Shown: positions 59,087 through 64,000 of the stretch, piece after piece
How the letters are laid out: the number at the start of each line of letters is the position of its first letter
Numbering within the stretch: position 1 is the first letter of the stretch
From: a virus
Strand: one strand, 5' to 3'
DNA: 64,000 nt
IMG/VR virus record: IMGVR_UViG_3300035670_009638
Coordinates: 18,502-82,501 of that record
Made by a program: the position numbers and the translations under genes
Notes under the pieces: model-generated
What the model saw: only the letters and a program-made list of their open reading frames with translations
Databases searched by the model: none
Told to the model about the DNA's origin: nothing

Positions 59087-60127
59087 CTAATAGACCTGCT
59101 CTTCTGCATCGTATTTGTTACCAACCTTGGCAACCTTCTTAGCGATAAGATCGATTGTTCGAGATATTTTCTTTTGATAGGTGTTAAGGTTATAAGCAAT
59201 TTCTTCTTGAGTTAATCCATCTCTGATAGACTCTAAAACTTGCTTCTCAAAATCTGTTAATTCAGCTTTGTTAATCGTATTTTGTAAATCCCAAAGAACA
59301 TGGTCAAAATCACTGTTTGGGTCATTTGTTGGTCTGAAGTAAAGTAACCCTTTAGCAACAATTCTCTGTCCTGATTCTGTTTCAATAACGCATCCTTTTA
59401 AATGGAGCTCATTAGTAAAATCAAAAACATCGAAATTATATTTTGTACTTTCTGAGAACGCTTTCAAATCATAACCGAATACACCAAGAAAAAAATCTTT
59501 AGTGTAAATCATATCTCCGGATAATTGGCCCTTAATCTTAGTAAGTAAGTATCTGTTGTATTTTGATTTCTTCTTTTTTAATTCAGACGTTGTAAAATCT
59601 TCTAGAACTTTATAGTCTCTTAAAATTTGACCTAGCTCATCTTCACGGTTCAGATCTTCGGCTGTGATTTTTTGAGATTTACTTTTTTTAAAGTTTTTCT
59701 CATCTCTCTTTAAAAAATGGATTACCGTCTCAGAATGATTTCCGCCTTTCATTTTTGTCATTGATTCAATAGACAATTCTCTGTCCATTTTCTTTTGGAA
59801 ATATTTTGGATCAGTGTGGAAAACATATTGAACCTTTTCCTTATCTTCTTCCTCTTTAATCTCATCTGAATTAAGAAGGTAGTTAGCCATTCTTTCAAGT
59901 GAACGACAAACGTTTATATTATTAGAGAGGTGGTCACCTGAATTAATATTTGGATTAAAGTAATTTGAAAAGTATTCTTCATAGAACTTCGTATTATCTA
60001 AAATATCATTGATTACTTTCTTTCTATCTTCTAGTTTAGTTTTCTTGTAATCAATTTTTCTATTTAGCTTATTTACATTTGTTCCATCTAATACTCCAAC
60101 GAAATTTTGTTGAATTGAGAAAGCCAT
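59087..60127 (-). CDS. Putative transcription factor with C-terminal sigma-region-4/LuxR-like HTH
   Basis: LTDFEKQVL...DGLTQEEIAYNLNTYQKKISR. Confidence 0.6.
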   Translation of the reverse strand: MAFSIQQNFVGVLDGTNVNKLNRKIDYKKTKLEDRKKVINDILDNTKFYEEYFSNYFNPNINSGDHLSNNINVCRSLERMANYLLNSDEIKEEEDKEKVQYVFHTDPKYFQKKMDRELSIESMTKMKGGNHSETVIHFLKRDEKNFKKSKSQKITAEDLNREDELGQILRDYKVLEDFTTSELKKKKSKYNRYLLTKIKGQLSGDMIYTKDFFLGVFGYDLKAFSESTKYNFDVFDFTNELHLKGCVIETESGQRIVAKGLLYFRPTNDPNSDFDHVLWDLQNTINKAELTDFEKQVLESIRDGLTQEEIAYNLNTYQKKISRTIDLIAKKVAKVGNKYDAEEQVY

Positions 60128-60256
60128 TTTTATTTCTCCCCTTATATGTTTAAAGTCAAATCTATATGAATTTTCGGAATATTCTTATTTGTTATATTTA
60201 TATCTGCTCGACTTTAAAACGTAAAAAGATAATTGGAAGAATTTTGAAATTATTTT

Positions 60257-60288
60257 GAATGAGACAAAATACATATTATGTCTTATTC
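60257..60288. other. Putative recombinase (res/dif-like) site
   Basis: GAATGAGACAAAA-TACATA-TTATGTCTTATTC: 13-bp inverted arms with a 6-bp spacer, upstream of the recombinase. Confidence 0.55.
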
Positions 60289-60414
60289 GCCTATCAATCT
60301 TGTAAGCCTTATAGATCTAAGCTTGAACTCTATTTTGAAGTTATGATAGAATGGAAGTAATATAATGAAAGAGTCATATTGAATATGATTATCTTGTTAA
60401 AGGAGACATAATGT

Positions 60415-60960
60415 ATGAATATAGTTGAGCCAATAAGAGATTTGGAGAAGATCGAGGAAATTAAGAATTTTCTTAAAAAGAAAAGTTATCGAGATTATGT
60501 TTTGTTTAATTTAGGAATAAACTGTGGACTTCGAATTTCTGATCTTTTGAAATTGAAAGTTAAAGATGTTAGAGGAAAATATCATCTTAAGTTAAAGGAG
60601 ACTAAAACCAAGAAAAACAAAAATCAAAAACTTCCTTTACCAGTTGTTGAAATACTTGAAGATTATATAGAAGGAAAAGATGATGATGAATATTTATTTC
60701 AATCAAGAAAGGGTGTTAATAAACCACTTCAAAGACAAAGAGCTTTTTCTATCATCAAAGAGGCAGCAGAACACGTTGGTTTAGAATCAATAGCAACACA
60801 TACATTGAGAAAAACATTTGGTTATCATTTTTATCAAAGAAAAAAGGATGTAGCATTACTTCAGGATATTTTTAATCATGCTGCACCTTCTATAACTTTG
60901 AGATATATTGGAATAAATCAGGATGTTCTTGATAAAGCTATGGACGATTTTTATTTATAG
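60415..60960 (+). CDS. Small tyrosine recombinase (catalytic domain only; resolvase-like)
   Basis: GLRISDLL, K, HTLRKTFGYH, NH and TLRYIG. Confidence 0.92.
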   Translation: MNIVEPIRDLEKIEEIKNFLKKKSYRDYVLFNLGINCGLRISDLLKLKVKDVRGKYHLKLKETKTKKNKNQKLPLPVVEILEDYIEGKDDDEYLFQSRKGVNKPLQRQRAFSIIKEAAEHVGLESIATHTLRKTFGYHFYQRKKDVALLQDIFNHAAPSITLRYIGINQDVLDKAMDDFYL

Positions 60961-60989
60961 CATATATAATAGAAGAAACTCGGTATGAG

Positions 60990-61295
60990 GTGATAAAAAT
61001 GGGAATGGAAAAATGGATTAGTCGAAAAGAGGAATATGAACTTCCAGAATTCAAAAGTCATGATGAAGCGAGAGCTTACTTTAAAGAAAAGTATGGAGAT
61101 AATTTTCAAATGATGGACTCAGATTATATTGATGGGAAAAAGATTTATTTTTACAAGCTAATAGTAAATAAAAAAGAATGGGAAAAAGGAATAAAGGAAA
61201 TGCAAGAAAATGGTTATACATCTGGGATGGGCTTTGCAATGGCAGCACAGCCAATAGAAATCTGGGAAGATGGTGGAATTCATATCATACACTAA
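60990..61295 (+). CDS. Hypothetical protein
   Basis: RBS GAGGTGA; the start may be ATG 60999. Confidence 0.6.
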   Translation: MIKMGMEKWISRKEEYELPEFKSHDEARAYFKEKYGDNFQMMDSDYIDGKKIYFYKLIVNKKEWEKGIKEMQENGYTSGMGFAMAAQPIEIWEDGGIHIIH

Positions 61296-61309
61296 GGATG
61301 GATTACGAT

Positions 61310-61486
61310 ATGACTAAAATTAAGCTGATAGGAATAGGAACGCCAGTAACTTATACTGATCGATCAGGTGTTATTATTAACGGTAAAATAATTAGTGCAA
61401 GACATTATGCAAGAAAGATACGCTATGAACTAATAGATGATAAGGGTTACGTATATATAGGTAACAGCAGAACGGTAAAAAAATGA
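61310..61486 (+). CDS. Small hypothetical protein
   Basis: MTKIKLIGIGTPV...; later start than in the ORF track. Confidence 0.5.
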   Translation: MTKIKLIGIGTPVTYTDRSGVIINGKIISARHYARKIRYELIDDKGYVYIGNSRTVKK

Positions 61487-61502
61487 GAGCCATTCAGCTC
61501 TC

Positions 61503-62075
61503 TTATCGTTTGAAGGTATGATTTCCTATAACAACAGTTGTAGGTCTACTATCTAACCATCGATCTGTTGCAGTTTTAGAATTATAGAAAAATAGACTTC
61601 CATTAGTTAAATTAGTTTTATTTAAGGCTTCTTTCACTGCTTTTATACTTTCTTCATCTGGAGTATTATTTATTGCTCCATTACTTACTGGCTGGAATTG
61701 TCCTTGCTGATAAATTACATCGTATATCGTATCAGGGAAATCTTCATGTTCAACTCTGTTTAATACGACTTCAGCAACAGCAACTTTTCCATTATACGGC
61801 TCACCACGAGCTTCAGCATAAACAATTCTAGCCAATAAATCTTTTTCACTTTTGCTAACTTCGATTTTATTTAATTGAATTTCTTCTTCAATCTCTACTA
61901 TTAGCGGTTCTTCTTCAAACTCTAAAAAAAATTCAATATTATCTTTCTTTGAAATTGGATTATTTTTAATTATAGAATGTTCTCTAGCTTTCCTGGGGTA
62001 CTCATCTTTTTCAGCATTAGGCAAGAACGAAAATATCAATAAAATTATCATTATTGAGTTTATTATTATTTTCAT
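61503..62075 (-). CDS. SleB/CwlJ-like cell wall hydrolase (Hydrolase_2)
   Basis: LLARIVYAEARGEPY.GKVAVAEVVLNRV, FP.TI..VIYQ..QF and IGNHTF; signal peptide. Confidence 0.92.
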   Translation of the reverse strand: MKIIINSIMIILLIFSFLPNAEKDEYPRKAREHSIIKNNPISKKDNIEFFLEFEEEPLIVEIEEEIQLNKIEVSKSEKDLLARIVYAEARGEPYNGKVAVAEVVLNRVEHEDFPDTIYDVIYQQGQFQPVSNGAINNTPDEESIKAVKEALNKTNLTNGSLFFYNSKTATDRWLDSRPTTVVIGNHTFKR

Positions 62076-62170
62076 ACATCATCCTCCTAAATAAAAAAAG
62101 TTATATTTTTTATATCTAGGAAAATGAAAATGTAAATTAAAAATAAAAAAGAAGTGGTTTTTGCCACTCC

Positions 62171-63454
62171 TTATGCGTATGATACTTCGTCTTTATCATC
62201 ACGAAGACGTACAAATACTGGAAATCTTAAACTTATTCCACCTAATTCATTTTTACTTTCTTCAAAATATTGAACCTCGATTATTTTTCCAATCAATTCA
62301 TTTTTATTCTTCCAATAATATTCTCTTTCTTCATCACTGAAGCCTGAACCAACTTGAACTCTGTGGCCTTTATAATCTACAATTACTGAACCTAATTTTC
62401 CACCACGACTGAATTCTTGAACATCAACAACTCTTAGGTCAACAGTATGGAATTTTTTCACTTTCAACAATGACTTAGTACGTTTTGTTTCATAATAACC
62501 AGTCATAGTATTGACCATTAGCCCTTCGTAACCTTTTTCAGTCACTTCTTTAAGTATAATTGGAATAACACTTTTTTCTGCTCCAACATAATAAGTCGGA
62601 ACTTTTTCTATTCTCATCCATGTCTCGATATGCTCAACAAACAATCTATCCATATCTTTCTTGCGCTCAGAGTATTGCTTTCTCGATTTTCCTTTTTGGA
62701 ACTCAGAGATTGGCAACATATCGAATAAGATAAAGTTAACTCCACATTTTGCTCCTTTCTTACGAACGATACTTTGAGTAACTCGGAATAAATCGGCTGA
62801 GTTTAGTTTGTTAGGATTTTCTGCTAGAAGTTCTCCATCATAAACGATACCTTTAGGCAATTTTTCAAACGCTTTCTCTAATTCTACCAATCCTTCGATT
62901 TCTTTTCCTGCACGAGTATAAACTTTAAGACCAGACTCGTGATTGAAGAATGTTGCTCTTAATCCATCTAATTTTAAAGTCACTGCGAATTCACCAGTAA
63001 TTTTCTTTTCAACAGCTTCATATTTCCCAGCTAACATAACAGAATACTTTCCAATGAAGTCACTTCCATAAACCTTATTTAAAGTAACAGACGAAATTCC
63101 GATCGGGAGGTCTTTAACTAAGATCGCCTTAGCTAATTCCTTCTCTTCTTCTGTTTCAAGAGTATTTAAGAATTCTTGAACAGTAGCAATAACTTTGTCA
63201 TTTCCAGTATTATTATCTTTAACGAATTTCATCATATCGAAAATATTAGTAATTGAGATTGCAGCATCAACAGTAACATCTTTTTCAATTTTACGTTTTG
63301 CTAATCCAGTTGTAATCATTGGATCGTACACAAAACGAAGAATATCTTGGAAACCTTCAATATCTTGATATTGTTTGAGCAAGTTTTCTTTTGCAATGCG
63401 ACTTGAATTGTTTTTAATTTCCTCAAAAATTTGAACATACTGTTTCATTTTCAT
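62171..63454 (-). CDS. ATP-dependent DNA ligase
   Basis: KLDG.R, DGEL, FD, EGLM, LLKVK, VGSGF and SLRFP.F. Confidence 0.95.
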   Translation of the reverse strand: MKMKQYVQIFEEIKNNSSRIAKENLLKQYQDIEGFQDILRFVYDPMITTGLAKRKIEKDVTVDAAISITNIFDMMKFVKDNNTGNDKVIATVQEFLNTLETEEEKELAKAILVKDLPIGISSVTLNKVYGSDFIGKYSVMLAGKYEAVEKKITGEFAVTLKLDGLRATFFNHESGLKVYTRAGKEIEGLVELEKAFEKLPKGIVYDGELLAENPNKLNSADLFRVTQSIVRKKGAKCGVNFILFDMLPISEFQKGKSRKQYSERKKDMDRLFVEHIETWMRIEKVPTYYVGAEKSVIPIILKEVTEKGYEGLMVNTMTGYYETKRTKSLLKVKKFHTVDLRVVDVQEFSRGGKLGSVIVDYKGHRVQVGSGFSDEEREYYWKNKNELIGKIIEVQYFEESKNELGGISLRFPVFVRLRDDKDEVSYA

Positions 63455-63468
63455 TTCCTCCGATTAAA

Positions 63469-63675
63469 TTAAAATTTAGAATAAACTTCATCAATTCCAT
63501 CAAATTCTCCAAGACCTAACTCAATGTTGATTTCAACAATATCAGATTTAAGATTTTCTAGAATTTCATCAACATCTTCTGAATATTTATCTTGGTCTTC
63601 TCCATCAATGATAGAAGCTATTTTTAATGCCCCTTCTAACATAGATAGCAACATAATTCTTCTATTCAATATCAA
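63469..63675 (-). CDS. Hypothetical protein
   Basis: Preceded by AAGGAGG; exact start uncertain. Confidence 0.55.
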   Translation of the reverse strand: MILNRRIMLLSMLEGALKIASIIDGEDQDKYSEDVDEILENLKSDIVEINIELGLGEFDGIDEVYSKF

Positions 63676-63824
63676 CCAACCTCCTTTGAAATTTTAGCTA
63701 TCATTTCTAATTGAGACTGATTGAATTTAGCGATTGCTTCGGAACTTTCTCCATCTCTTACCATTTGTTCAACCATGTTTTTAGTTGTTTCAGCAATAAC
63801 TTGAATTTTTTCTTGTTTACTCAT
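63672..63824 (-). CDS. 50-aa hypothetical protein (not in ORF track)
   Basis: MSKQEKIQVIAETTKNMVEQ...ISKEVG; RBS GGAGG; upstream promoter motif. Confidence 0.6.
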   Translation of the reverse strand: MSKQEKIQVIAETTKNMVEQMVRDGESSEAIAKFNQSQLEMIAKISKEVG

Positions 63825-64000
63825 TTTTAATTACCTCCAGTAGTTTGAGTTTTATATCTCTCTAATTATTATATTAACATAATTTGGAAATTCCGTACAT
63901 ATATATTTTCAGAATTTTGTAAAAAAAAAAAAATGACTGGATTAACTCCAGTCTATAAAAGTAAGAATGTTGCAGCCAAAGATAAAATTGATGTGATTAG

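Larger units (their letters stand above)
18245..62136 (-). promoter_or_regulatory. Dispersed phage-specific promoter family TTTAC(G/A)-N12-C(A/G)GATA(T/A)AA (about 20 copies)
   Basis: Approximate plus-strand left ends: 18245, 23194, 26852, 30354, 34250, 36738, 38904, 41942, 44408, 45504, 47661, 48175, 49732, 51301, 54147, 56886, 57459, 58349, 60197, 62109. All are upstream of minus-strand genes. Confidence 0.8.
11980..63899 (-). promoter_or_regulatory. Dispersed sigmaA-type promoter family T(G/T)TAC(G/A)-N17-TATAAT, often followed by AGAGA(G/A)ATATAA
   Basis: Copies near 11980, 12692, 15974, 16110, 18289, 20853 (N16), 21984, 24760, 27282, 49411 and 63870. Confidence 0.7.

Noticed and set aside
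1-64000. CRISPR array, tRNA/rRNA genes, diversity-generating retroelement
   Set aside because: No repeat-spacer array, cloverleaf or reverse transcriptase seen by eye; tRNAscan was not run.

Overview
AT-rich segment of a large Bacillota (probably Bacillaceae) siphovirus-type phage. The replication genes resemble those of SPbeta-like phages. 1-11.7 kb (+) holds the end of the tail module, lysis genes and a tyrosine recombinase. 11.7-64 kb (mostly -) holds RadC, ArdC, a two-subunit type IIA topoisomerase, a replication initiator, a ParM-like actin with adaptor, a sigma factor, DnaE, primase, helicase, RecJ, SSB, ligase, anaerobic RNR and many nucleotide enzymes. Several features point to a temperate phage-plasmid: iterons inside rep, an antisense RNA over the rep leader, partition genes, a resolvase with a res-like site, and LexA boxes before the sigma gene. 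Two candidate novel systems stand out. (1) A ~68-nt sRNA at ~22052-22119 has two single-stranded seeds complementary to tags at the translation starts of about 20 lytic/replication genes. (2) A DNA-modification cluster at 35.2-41.9 kb combines a T4-AGT-like glycosyltransferase, a Ser->Cys ThyX-like enzyme, a miniature thymidylate-synthase-fold protein, a dNMP kinase, an HD nucleotidase and an NDT, while a normal thyA lies elsewhere. All calls come from manual motif reading; no database searches were run.
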